A stretch of DNA of 20,818 bases from a virus, in IMG/VR virus record IMGVR_UViG_3300021512_000014, one strand, 5' to 3'. This document shows positions 1 through 7,300 of this stretch, in pieces. The stretch's first letter is position 1. Each line of letters opens with the position of its first letter. The translations under genes and the position numbers were made by a program. Under the pieces are notes generated by a model that was not told the DNA's origin, ran no database searches, and was given only the letters and a program-made list of their open reading frames with translations.

Positions 1-101
1 TTCTTCTGAGCTTATTGTAAAATGTAACTAATTATTAGAAAATGGGGGAAGTGAGAAAAGTGGCGTTTTTGTAGATGTGGTGCGGAAATGTTTTGTCTCA
101 T

Positions 102-157
102 GTTATGTTGCAATTTACACGAAAATTTGTCTGTTTTGAGGGTTGTTGCAACATAAC
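102..157. repeat. 12-bp perfect inverted repeat GTTATGTTGCAA / TTGCAACATAAC with a 32-bp spacer
   Basis: Arms read directly at 102-113 and 146-157. Confidence 0.85.
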
Positions 158-184
158 GTTAGACAATTTTACAAATTGAGAAAA

Positions 185-206
185 GTGTTATAAACGTTTA
201 TAACAC
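185..206. repeat. Perfect 22-bp palindrome GTGTTATAAACGTTTATAACAC
   Basis: The sequence equals its own reverse complement. Confidence 0.9.
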
Positions 207-396
207 CATTTTGTTGTTTTAGTCTAACCGTCGTTTAAAACATAGTTTTTTAAATCCAGTTTTAAACCAGTTTCGCAATTATTTTACCTAACCCCTATTC
301 AAACCATGCTTTTTAAAACCTAGTCTAAAACGCTTGCTACGCTTGAGTTTTTAGCTAGGGGAAGCACAGAGGTAGGGATGATAGAATGGGAAATTG

Positions 397-471
397 GTTC
401 GCACCTCAAAAATGAAGGTGCGAACTTAGGTGCGAACTTTAAAATGAAGGTGCGAACTTAGGTGCGAACTT
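397..471. repeat. GTGCGAAC array A: four exact AGGTGCGAACTT copies inside two identical 31-bp units, plus one inverted GTTCGCACCT
   Basis: 12-mers at 416-427, 428-439, 448-459 and 460-471; 31-bp units at 409-439 and 441-471; inverted copy at 397-406. Confidence 0.95.
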
Positions 472-500
472 ATTTGGCTACAAGCTAACCCCTTAAGAAC

Positions 501-530
501 TTTAAATTTCTTTAAATTTCTTTAAAATCT
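501..530. repeat. 10-bp tandem repeat TTTAAATTTC x2 plus one degenerate copy
   Basis: tttaaatttc tttaaatttc tttaaaatct at 501-530, overlapping the repressor stop codon. Confidence 0.7.
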
Positions 531-1205
531 TTCTTCTTTTACTCTTCTGATGATTTTTCCTATTATCTTATAGTTTTCGTTTGGCTCAATTGTTGGGTAT
601 TTAGGGTTATCGCTGGTAAGGTATGCTTTACCTTCTTTTTCTCTATAGCGTTTTAATATGAGTTCATTCCATTCATTTCTAACAATAATAATATCGCCAT
701 TTTTTATTGGCTCTGTTAATTTGTTAATTGGGAGAAAAACCACGTAATCACCGTCCTCTATAGTAGGCTCCATACTAGCGCCCCTTACTTTTATTGCTAG
801 GGAGCCTTTGGGAATATCAGGCAAGTAGAGGTAATCTATGATTTGTTCTTTATCTAAAGGTATTTCTGGGAAACCAGCAGGGACTTGAATATTTATTACC
901 GGGACCGGATGTGCAGGTATAGCTTGGGGAAATTGTTTTAAGATTTCTTCTGTGGGCATGTGTTTAAATTCTAGTTTAGTAGGTTTCATAAACATTTCTC
1001 CCTGGCCGGTGAGAAGCCAAGTAGGGTTTGCGTTTGAAGCATCGCATATGCGAACAATCTGTGCAAAACCTGGTTTTGCACTACCATCTAAGTAACGCTT
1101 AAAAGATCCTGGAGATATTTTTGCTTTTTTGGCAAGTTGAGTCCATTTCCCATCAAATCTTTTTTTAATAATCAGCCATAATCTTTCTGTAAAATTTTTT
1201 CTCAT
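522..1205 (-). CDS. cI: Prophage repressor, CI/LexA type (N-terminal HTH, C-terminal S24 peptidase), 227 aa
   Basis: HTH (WTQLAKKAKISPGSFKRYLDG...PGFAQIVRIC); Ala-Gly cleavage site in VPAGFP; catalytic Ser in VRGASMEP and Lys in LILKRY. Start moved to ATG 1205 (MRKNFTERL) because the longer ORF runs through the early promoter. Confidence 0.92.
   Translation of the reverse strand: MRKNFTERLWLIIKKRFDGKWTQLAKKAKISPGSFKRYLDGSAKPGFAQIVRICDASNANPTWLLTGQGEMFMKPTKLEFKHMPTEEILKQFPQAIPAHPVPVINIQVPAGFPEIPLDKEQIIDYLYLPDIPKGSLAIKVRGASMEPTIEDGDYVVFLPINKLTEPIKNGDIIIVRNEWNELILKRYREKEGKAYLTSDNPKYPTIEPNENYKIIGKIIRRVKEERF
1042..1053. promoter_or_regulatory. Candidate auxiliary operator: perfect palindrome TCGCATATGCGA inside the repressor gene
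   Basis: Matches the core of the promoter-embedded palindrome at 1228-1247 (TCGCATATGTGA). Confidence 0.5.
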
Positions 1206-1221
1206 TTGAGAAATTTCCCTC

Positions 1222-1250
1222 TTGACAATACTCGCATATGTGAGTATAAT
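1222..1250 (+). promoter_or_regulatory. Early promoter, consensus sigma70 TTGACA-N17-TATAAT
   Basis: TTGACA at 1222-1227 and TATAAT at 1245-1250, upstream of the early operon. Confidence 0.9.
1228..1247. promoter_or_regulatory. Operator-like 20-bp palindrome ATACTCGCATATGTGAGTAT
   Basis: One mismatched pair; fills the spacer and overlaps the -10 of the early promoter. Confidence 0.75.
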
Positions 1251-1268
1251 ACCAAGTAATTTACTACT

Positions 1269-1298
1269 ACTGTAACCGAGAGGGTGATGGAAAGTCAA
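1269..1298 (-). promoter_or_regulatory. Candidate repressor promoter TTGACT-N18-TACAGT, facing the early promoter
   Basis: Minus-strand -35 at 1298-1293 and -10 at 1274-1269; non-consensus, so tentative. Confidence 0.4.
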
Positions 1299-1718
1299 CA
1301 GTTTTTTTCGGACAAGTTGTTAGAAACACCACTTTTTAGCAGTCCTTCTTTAAATCCTGTTTCTAAAGTGAAGGCCGCTATGAGGCAAGCGATAAAAGGG
1401 TGCGGTTTGTCTAGGGAACAAATTGTAGATGAGATGAATAGATTGGCCAAGATTGAGAATATTCATGTCAAAGTTTCACTTTCTTTACTTGACAAGTGGG
1501 TGGCTCAGGAGGCGACTCACATTATTCCGTGGAAGGTATTGCCGATTTTTTGCAGGGTTACAGGGAGTATTTTACCACTTCAGGCGTTGGTGGCTCCACT
1601 TGGGGCTACGGTTATAACTGGGAAGGATCTTAAGTTGCTTGAGTGGGCAAAGGTAGAGATTAAAAGGCGTAAGTTATCACGAAAAACACGACAGTTATTA
1701 GAGGAGATAAGGATATGA
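1284..1718 (+). CDS. Early protein, probable HTH regulator (CII-like by position); alternative start at ATG 1287
   Basis: First gene after the early promoter; HTH-like segment LSREQIVDEM...VSLSLLDKWV; overlaps the next start (ATGA). Confidence 0.6.
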   Translation: MMESQQFFSDKLLETPLFSSPSLNPVSKVKAAMRQAIKGCGLSREQIVDEMNRLAKIENIHVKVSLSLLDKWVAQEATHIIPWKVLPIFCRVTGSILPLQALVAPLGATVITGKDLKLLEWAKVEIKRRKLSRKTRQLLEEIRI

Positions 1719-1903
1719 AGACTAAAAAAATAAATAAATGGCTCAAAAAGCAAGGGATTACAAAAGCACAGATAGCTAGAGAGCTTGGTATAAGCCATGT
1801 AGCGGTGGTTTTGGTGGTGCAGGGGCAAAGCACTTCCTCAAGAGTAGTCAATTGGCTTTTAGAACATGGCTGTCCTAAAGAATATTTAAAGAAGAAGAAG
1901 TAA
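1715..1903 (+). CDS. Ner/Cro-like small HTH protein
   Basis: 62 aa, GITKAQIARELGISHVAVVLVVQG; lies between repressor and transposase like Mu ner. Confidence 0.75.
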   Translation: MKTKKINKWLKKQGITKAQIARELGISHVAVVLVVQGQSTSSRVVNWLLEHGCPKEYLKKKK

Positions 1904-2179
1904 ATGGATATACGCACAGGGTTTGGGAAAGCTGATTTTATGGGGCTTGTTGGTAGGTATAAGAAATTACATAGTTTACGCAAGTTGCCTGTTTATCATC
2001 TTAATAAAGAAGTTGCTCAAAATGGTGTTTTTGGGGGTCTTTTTAATCCTAAAGAGATATTTCCAAGAGCTAGATTGGGTTGTGATGTCTTAGCATTAAT
2101 AGAATATCAAGGCAAAAAGGCTTTTTATATGTGCTCTTTAAAGAGGGCTTGGGAAATATGGGGACGGAGGCAGAGATGA
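1904..2179 (+). CDS. Hypothetical early protein, 91 aa
   Basis: Abuts the upstream stop and overlaps the transposase start (ATGA 2176-2179). Confidence 0.6.
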   Translation: MDIRTGFGKADFMGLVGRYKKLHSLRKLPVYHLNKEVAQNGVFGGLFNPKEIFPRARLGCDVLALIEYQGKKAFYMCSLKRAWEIWGRRQR

Positions 2180-4479
2180 TGGAACGGGAGATTGGTTCGC
2201 ACTTCAAAAATGAAGGTGCGAACTTTAGTGCGAACCAAAATATCAAAGTAGGAACCGAAAGTGCGAACTTTGAAGTGGTTGAAAAAGATGTTTGGCTCTA
2301 TGTAGTAGATGTAGCTAATCTTTTGGCTATAACTCCAAGAGGTGTTCAAAGAGCCTGTAAACAATCCAAATATAAAACCCGCAAAGTCAAGAAGTTTGGC
2401 GGCACAGCTTATCAAATCGCCCTTTCCTCCCTTCCACCTGAGGCCCAGGTTGTCTGGGTAAATCAAAACCCAGAGAAAGCCCGAACACTTCCTGAATACA
2501 TCAGAAACAGATTATCTTCTCAGGCACAATGGGAGATTAAAAGGCTTATGTCGCCTAAAGAGAGTGTGGGGTTAGAGATGTTTATAAAAGAAAATCTTAA
2601 AAAAAGATTAGCAACAAAAATAAAGGCTATTCAAAAGGCGCTTAGCTGCCCACCTGGGACAAAGAAATCTGAGTGGATCAGACAGGTAGCTTCTGAATTT
2701 GGAATTTCACATAAGACACTTTATCGGGATTTAAAGATATATCGTGAGAAGGGGCTCGCAGGGTTGGTTAACCCTAGAGAGAAAAAGGGTCTAGTGGCAT
2801 GGGATAAAGAGGCCATTGAGTTTATGCAGGGCGTTTATCTTAAGGCCGTCCGTGAGTGCGGACAGGTTTCAAAGCGTAGGGCGTATCAAGCAGTTATAGC
2901 AGAGGCAGAGAAAAAGGGCTGGCGAATTGGGAGTGAGAGTTCAGCTTTTGCCTACCTGCGAAGCCTAAATCCACTTTTAGCAAAGTATGCCTGTGCTGGG
3001 AGAAGAGCTTTAGATAATGTCTTTTACATTATGCGGGAATACAAGGATCTCGCTCCATTTGAAGTGAATGTGGGGGACCAGCACCGGTTTGATTTTTGGG
3101 TGCGGGATGCGGAGACAGGGAATATTTTTAGGCCTGAGTGTTATTTGTGGCTGGATTTACGGACGAGGCTAATATATGGGCTTTCTATTGCCCGGCATTA
3201 TGACCGCTATCTAATGGGTCATGCAATACGAATGGGCATGATGCGGTGGGGTATGTTTCAGAGTTGTTATACTGACAACGGCAAGCCTGAAATTAGCGAA
3301 TATGTGAATACTATAATTAATGATATTACTGCTTGGGGCAGCCAAGTTAAGGATATTGCTGAGTTATATAAGACAGATGAGGGTTATGTCATTGAAGGGC
3401 CTGACGGTGAACCTATAGAGAGCGTTTCCAGTCCTCAGATGTGGCACCGTCGTGCCCGTGCTTATAATGCGAAGGCGAAACCTATTGAGCGTTTTTTTAG
3501 GTCTTTTGAAGGTATTTTAAGAGATTTAGGGACACCGGGACTTGTGCGGGGGTTAAAGGGTGTTGCAGAGGAGAAGGCCCTTGCGGATAAACGCCTAAAG
3601 CATCTTATTGAAACCAACCAGCTCCTTACCTTTGAAGAGTTTTTGATTAATGTCTTTAAGGCGGTTGAAATCTATAACCAACGCAGACATGCGGCCTTAC
3701 GTAGGTCGCCAATAGAGGAACTTTGGCGGGCAGTAAAAAAAGAAGGTTTTGTGCCCAGATATTTGTCTGAGGCAGAGGTTGATTTTGTGCTTTTGGCACG
3801 GACTTCTCGTAAGGTTCAGCGTGGGCGTATTCTTTTAAACCATACTTGGTATCAGGGAGAAGCTTTATCAAATAACAATCTTGAGGCGGGCTTATGGCAT
3901 TTACCGGATAAAACGGAAGTTGAGATTAGATATGACCCGTTTGATCCGGCAAAGGTCATAGCGGTGCTTCCAGATGAGAGTGTCAGGAGACTTGAGCCTG
4001 TGCCTGTGTCTTCTATGAGAAACAGAAAGAAAACCAGTGAACTTATGGCTTGGAAGCGGCAGATGATACAGGCAGTTACGGAGCATTATAGACGCCTCAC
4101 CCGGCCAGTGTCTGGGATTGTTGAGTACAGCAAACGCACAAGGCAGGCTAAAGCGGCAGCCAGGCAGGCCAAACAGATTTCGCAGATTGATTTCGAGCAA
4201 ATCAAACGGGACGCAGAGCGGATGGTTAAAGAAAGTCTGGAAGATAAAAAGGTTGTGCCAATGGTGAGCAAAAGGCCGGTATTTAAGGACGAGTGGGAAT
4301 ACTATCGCTGGTGTCTAGATATGGAGCTTGCCGGGAAAAGGCTGACAGCAAAAGACAGGGCTTTTATGGCTCAATATGAGGCAAAGATGGATGAGGATGA
4401 AAGACAGTATTGGAATATACACAGACGGGTTTATGGGCAAGAAAAGCATAGAGAGAGAAAGGAGGTTGGGAGATGCTAG
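2176..4479 (+). CDS. A: Mu-type DDE transposase (MuA-like), 767 aa
   Basis: N-terminal HTHs (DVANLLAITPRGVQR; VASEFGISHKTLYRD); DDE residues in VGDQH, YTDNGK and AKAKPIERFF. Start placed at ATG 2176 (GGAGG at 2166-2170, ATGA coupling). Confidence 0.95.
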   Translation: MMEREIGSHFKNEGANFSANQNIKVGTESANFEVVEKDVWLYVVDVANLLAITPRGVQRACKQSKYKTRKVKKFGGTAYQIALSSLPPEAQVVWVNQNPEKARTLPEYIRNRLSSQAQWEIKRLMSPKESVGLEMFIKENLKKRLATKIKAIQKALSCPPGTKKSEWIRQVASEFGISHKTLYRDLKIYREKGLAGLVNPREKKGLVAWDKEAIEFMQGVYLKAVRECGQVSKRRAYQAVIAEAEKKGWRIGSESSAFAYLRSLNPLLAKYACAGRRALDNVFYIMREYKDLAPFEVNVGDQHRFDFWVRDAETGNIFRPECYLWLDLRTRLIYGLSIARHYDRYLMGHAIRMGMMRWGMFQSCYTDNGKPEISEYVNTIINDITAWGSQVKDIAELYKTDEGYVIEGPDGEPIESVSSPQMWHRRARAYNAKAKPIERFFRSFEGILRDLGTPGLVRGLKGVAEEKALADKRLKHLIETNQLLTFEEFLINVFKAVEIYNQRRHAALRRSPIEELWRAVKKEGFVPRYLSEAEVDFVLLARTSRKVQRGRILLNHTWYQGEALSNNNLEAGLWHLPDKTEVEIRYDPFDPAKVIAVLPDESVRRLEPVPVSSMRNRKKTSELMAWKRQMIQAVTEHYRRLTRPVSGIVEYSKRTRQAKAAARQAKQISQIDFEQIKRDAERMVKESLEDKKVVPMVSKRPVFKDEWEYYRWCLDMELAGKRLTAKDRAFMAQYEAKMDEDERQYWNIHRRVYGQEKHRERKEVGRC
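2195..2270. repeat. GTGCGAAC array B inside the transposase 5' end
   Basis: Inverted GTTCGCAC at 2195-2202; direct GTGCGAAC at 2216, 2228 and 2261; degenerate GTAGGAAC at 2248. Confidence 0.9.
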
Positions 4480-5348
4480 GTTTAAAAGAAGTTATGAAGA
4501 AGCTCAATTTAAGTGCTAGTGATGTTGCACAGATCACTGGCTATGCCAGAAGCACTATCAGTCAAATAAAAAATAATAAATATGGTGGCGACGGTCAAGT
4601 AGAAGCGGAAATTTTAGAAAAGCTGCGGGAAGCTGGCTATGTCCTACAGGAGGCGAAGTTGCGGGTGAAGAACGATGTTTTTGTAAAAACAGCTAATGTC
4701 AAGCGGTTTGATGACTTATGTGATGAGTTGGTAGCACCACAAGGAGACCTCACCTCTTCTATTGGTGTAGTAATGGGACGGGCAGGCCGTGGGAAGACAA
4801 AGGCTGCCAGACATTATGCGGTGCAGCATTCAGAGGCGGTGTATGTGCTTTTTATAGACGGTTTTAGCCTAGTGGATGTAGCACGGGAGATTGCTTTTGA
4901 GATTGGCGGCATCAGGCCACGCACTTTCAGGGCATGTCTAGATGTGATTGACGAGGCCACTCTTCAGCAAAGGCGGCTCATTATTATAGATGAAGCAGAT
5001 AAAATGCCTAAAAGGTATTTTGAGATGCTACGGGGGTTAAACGAAAGATGTGCTTGCCCAATAGTTTTGGTTGGCGAAGAGCCTTTAAGAAAGGCACTTG
5101 ATAGTGAGAGAAGGCTAAAAAGCAGAGTGAGGCAAATGGTAGTGTTTGAGCCAGTGTTGCTCACGGATATAGCTGCCTATTATCAGGCGGCAATTGGTAT
5201 TACGGTTAATAGTGATGTGCTTCAGGTTTTATGGCAGAGATCACAGGGCGATTTTCGGCTTGTGGTTAGGGATGCGTTCTCAGTAGTGCGGATTATGAAT
5301 ACTAACAGGCTTTCAGCAGTAACAATGGATGTGGTGAAGGGAATATGA
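4473..5348 (+). CDS. B: MuB-like AAA+ transposition ATPase with N-terminal HTH
   Basis: Walker A GRAGRGKT, Walker B LIIIDEAD, HTH LSASDVAQITGYARSTISQI; directly follows the transposase. Confidence 0.95.
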   Translation: MLGLKEVMKKLNLSASDVAQITGYARSTISQIKNNKYGGDGQVEAEILEKLREAGYVLQEAKLRVKNDVFVKTANVKRFDDLCDELVAPQGDLTSSIGVVMGRAGRGKTKAARHYAVQHSEAVYVLFIDGFSLVDVAREIAFEIGGIRPRTFRACLDVIDEATLQQRRLIIIDEADKMPKRYFEMLRGLNERCACPIVLVGEEPLRKALDSERRLKSRVRQMVVFEPVLLTDIAAYYQAAIGITVNSDVLQVLWQRSQGDFRLVVRDAFSVVRIMNTNRLSAVTMDVVKGI

Positions 5349-5776
5349 AGGGAGCGGCTAAAAAAATCAGAAAGCTTTTGAAGATAGTCAGGGTCTGGCC
5401 AGGTGGGAGATTTAAGGAGCTTGGCGAGGCGGCGGGAGTGGATAGGCAGAGCGCAAAGGACACGGTGCGGGATTTTTTGCAGCGTGGGGAGTTAGTGGTT
5501 GAAAATGGGATGTATCGGTATCGGGATAGGCCTGAAAATAAGGTAATAGATAAAATCTGGCGGGCGTGGCGGTATTGTCCGCAGTGGACAGTAAATGAGA
5601 TTGCACAGCTTGTGGAAACAAATAGAGAAACGGTGAAGGCATATGTGAGGCTTTATTGCCGAGCAGGCTATGTGGAGAAGATTGGTAGAAAAAAGACGCA
5701 GTTTGGCTATGAGGCGGTTTATCGGCTTAAAGACAGAAATTTAAAGGAGAGGCCATGTATAGGCAAAAGATGTTAG
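5345..5776 (+). CDS. Hypothetical protein with two winged-HTH-like segments
   Basis: RFKELGEAAGVDRQSAKDTVRDFLQRGEL and WTVNEIAQLVETNRETVKAYVRLYCRAGYV; ATGA overlap with B. Confidence 0.65.
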   Translation: MKGAAKKIRKLLKIVRVWPGGRFKELGEAAGVDRQSAKDTVRDFLQRGELVVENGMYRYRDRPENKVIDKIWRAWRYCPQWTVNEIAQLVETNRETVKAYVRLYCRAGYVEKIGRKKTQFGYEAVYRLKDRNLKERPCIGKRC

Positions 5777-6249
5777 CCAAGATTCATATTGCCGCAAATC
5801 AGGCAAGAATCTGCACAAACAGTAATTGTAGACGGCTTTGCTTTGAAGGGGTTTGTCCTAGTTGTGGGGCAGAAACAAGGCAAATGAGCGAGATGGATTA
5901 TAGAAGGTTTCTTTTAAACTGCACAGGAGTTTCTAGCTGCGGATATATGAATAGAGAACAGCTACAGCGAGTTATTAAGATTTTTGAGCTAGCGGGATTT
6001 GTGTTTAAAAAGCGGGGCACTTTACAGGAAGCGATGAATGATAGCCGTTTGGCGATGGTGACAAAAATAGAGGCAGAGGCAGAGAGGTATTTAGGAGAGA
6101 ATTGGAAGGCCAGGATTAGAGGGTATTGCAGGAAGGTTTTTAATAAGGATGATCTGCGTTTCTTAACTTTTAAAGAGTTAAGGCACATTTGGGGATTTAT
6201 GCGGAGACAGCAAAAAAAGGGAGGTAAGGTGATTTATGCGGCTTTCTAA
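5755..6249 (+). CDS. gemA: GemA/gp16-like protein (DUF1018-like) with a Cys-rich insertion
   Basis: LAKIHIA N-terminal motif and LL..TG..S...M...L.RV...F...GF pattern; SD AAGGAGAGG. Confidence 0.75.
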   Translation: MYRQKMLAKIHIAANQARICTNSNCRRLCFEGVCPSCGAETRQMSEMDYRRFLLNCTGVSSCGYMNREQLQRVIKIFELAGFVFKKRGTLQEAMNDSRLAMVTKIEAEAERYLGENWKARIRGYCRKVFNKDDLRFLTFKELRHIWGFMRRQQKKGGKVIYAAF

Positions 6250-6541
6250 ACATTTCAAAGAAAAATGGCATGACCGATTAGGAGAATGGCCGAGGTATAA
6301 ACAGGTAATATCTTTCTTAAGAGAGGCCATTTGTGTGCAGCCGTATCGCAATAGTGGCAACGGACAGAGTGTGCTTGGGATTTACTGGAATTACAGGCAG
6401 AATTTATTGTTTAAGCTGGATGAAGAAAGGCAAGTGCTTGTTACTGTGTATGTTGGCAGGCCATGTCTGCCCCTGCCCGACAGGCAGGCGGGCCTGCCCG
6501 ACCGGCAGGCGGGGATAATACAAAAGAAAAAAGGAGATTAA
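6236..6541 (+). CDS. Hypothetical protein, 101 aa, with in-frame REP-like units at the C-terminus
   Basis: SD GGAGGT upstream; C-terminus contains LPDRQAG twice. Confidence 0.7.
   Translation: MRLSKHFKEKWHDRLGEWPRYKQVISFLREAICVQPYRNSGNGQSVLGIYWNYRQNLLFKLDEERQVLVTVYVGRPCLPLPDRQAGLPDRQAGIIQKKKGD
6472..6513. repeat. Two tandem 21-bp palindromic REP-like units CCTGCCCGAC(A/C)GGCAGGCGGG
   Basis: 6472-6492 and 6493-6513 differ by one base; stem CCTGCC/GGCAGG with a 5-nt loop. Confidence 0.9.
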
Positions 6542-6542
6542 G

Positions 6543-6770
6543 ATGGATAAGGTAAGAGAGATTTTAGAGGGATATAAAGAGGCAGTAGAGGATAATATTT
6601 GGGAGCTTGTGTCATTTGTGGCGAGAAATAGGAAAAATTTAGATTTAAAGGAATGTGAGAGGCGATTTGAGATACTGGCCAGGTCTATTGATGAGTATTT
6701 AAACACGGTAGAACGAGCAAAGGAATTGGTAGCAAAACGGTTGGGACGAGAAGGAAGATGCCAGACATAG
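6543..6770 (+). CDS. Hypothetical helical protein, 75 aa
   Basis: SD AAGGAG; co-oriented and tightly packed in the operon. Confidence 0.7.
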   Translation: MDKVREILEGYKEAVEDNIWELVSFVARNRKNLDLKECERRFEILARSIDEYLNTVERAKELVAKRLGREGRCQT

Positions 6771-7300
6771 AGAAGTGGCTAAAAGATAACACTTTTGTAT
6801 GTCCACATGGTTTAGGTCGCATTACTCCCAAACAATGTGAGGCAAACAGAAAAAGGCCCAGGCTGAAAGAAATTGGGCGATGGACAAACCCTAATATATT
6901 TCCTATGCCTGGGGTATGTGAAAATTGCACAGAGTGGAAGGTGCTTTGTCAAGAACAAGAAGTAGATAAGAGAAAGGAGAAGAGAATGGCAGAAAGTAAA
7001 AAAATAATAATTTGTGCAGAATGTGGACGGAGAAAGACCCATAAGGCTAGAGGGCTTTGCGCTGCGTGTTATGAAAGGTTAAAAAAGAAGAACTCACTCC
7101 CACCTACACAGCGAAAACAAGGACCTGCTGTAAGTAAATATCGGATTTGGGTTGATTTTAGCGTATCTCCTGAAACTTTTGAGAAATTAGAACAAAAGGC
7201 GGCTGAAGAATTAAGGTCGCTAGAGACACAGATAGTGTGGGAAATAAAGAAGTCGCTAGGGATTACCTGCCCGACAGGCAGGCGGGAAGGCAATGGGTAA
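6758..7300 (+). CDS. Cys-rich (zinc-finger-like) protein with a C-terminal Arc/RHH-like segment
   Basis: CPHG..C..CENC..C and CAEC..GLCAAC clusters; WVDFSVSPETFEKLEQKAAEELRSLETQIVWEIKKSL resembles Arc. Confidence 0.65.
   Translation: MPDIEKWLKDNTFVCPHGLGRITPKQCEANRKRPRLKEIGRWTNPNIFPMPGVCENCTEWKVLCQEQEVDKRKEKRMAESKKIIICAECGRRKTHKARGLCAACYERLKKKNSLPPTQRKQGPAVSKYRIWVDFSVSPETFEKLEQKAAEELRSLETQIVWEIKKSLGITCPTGRREGNG
7266..7286. repeat. Third 21-bp REP-like unit CCTGCCCGACAGGCAGGCGGG
   Basis: Identical to 6472-6492; lies within the last codons of 6758..7300. Confidence 0.9.

Noticed and set aside
378-461. 27-aa ORF in array A as a functional gene
   Set aside because: It is best explained as a relic of the duplicated transposase start; it diverges and stops after 27 codons.
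397-471. Array A as a CRISPR array
   Set aside because: The repeats are 12/31 bp with no unique spacers and no cas genes.
1206-1298. N-terminal 31 aa of the 258-aa repressor ORF
   Set aside because: It runs across the early promoter and operator; the HTH begins just after Met32 (1205).
2131-2175. Upstream start of the transposase ORF
   Set aside because: The SD and ATGA coupling favour ATG 2176.
370-2270. Repeat pair as a DGR template/variable repeat
   Set aside because: No reverse transcriptase in the window, and the mismatches are not adenine-specific (T/C and C/T changes are included).
1580-2466. Minus-strand ORFs 1580-1828, 1660-1983 and 2125-2466
   Set aside because: They shadow well-supported plus-strand genes and show no motifs or promoter.
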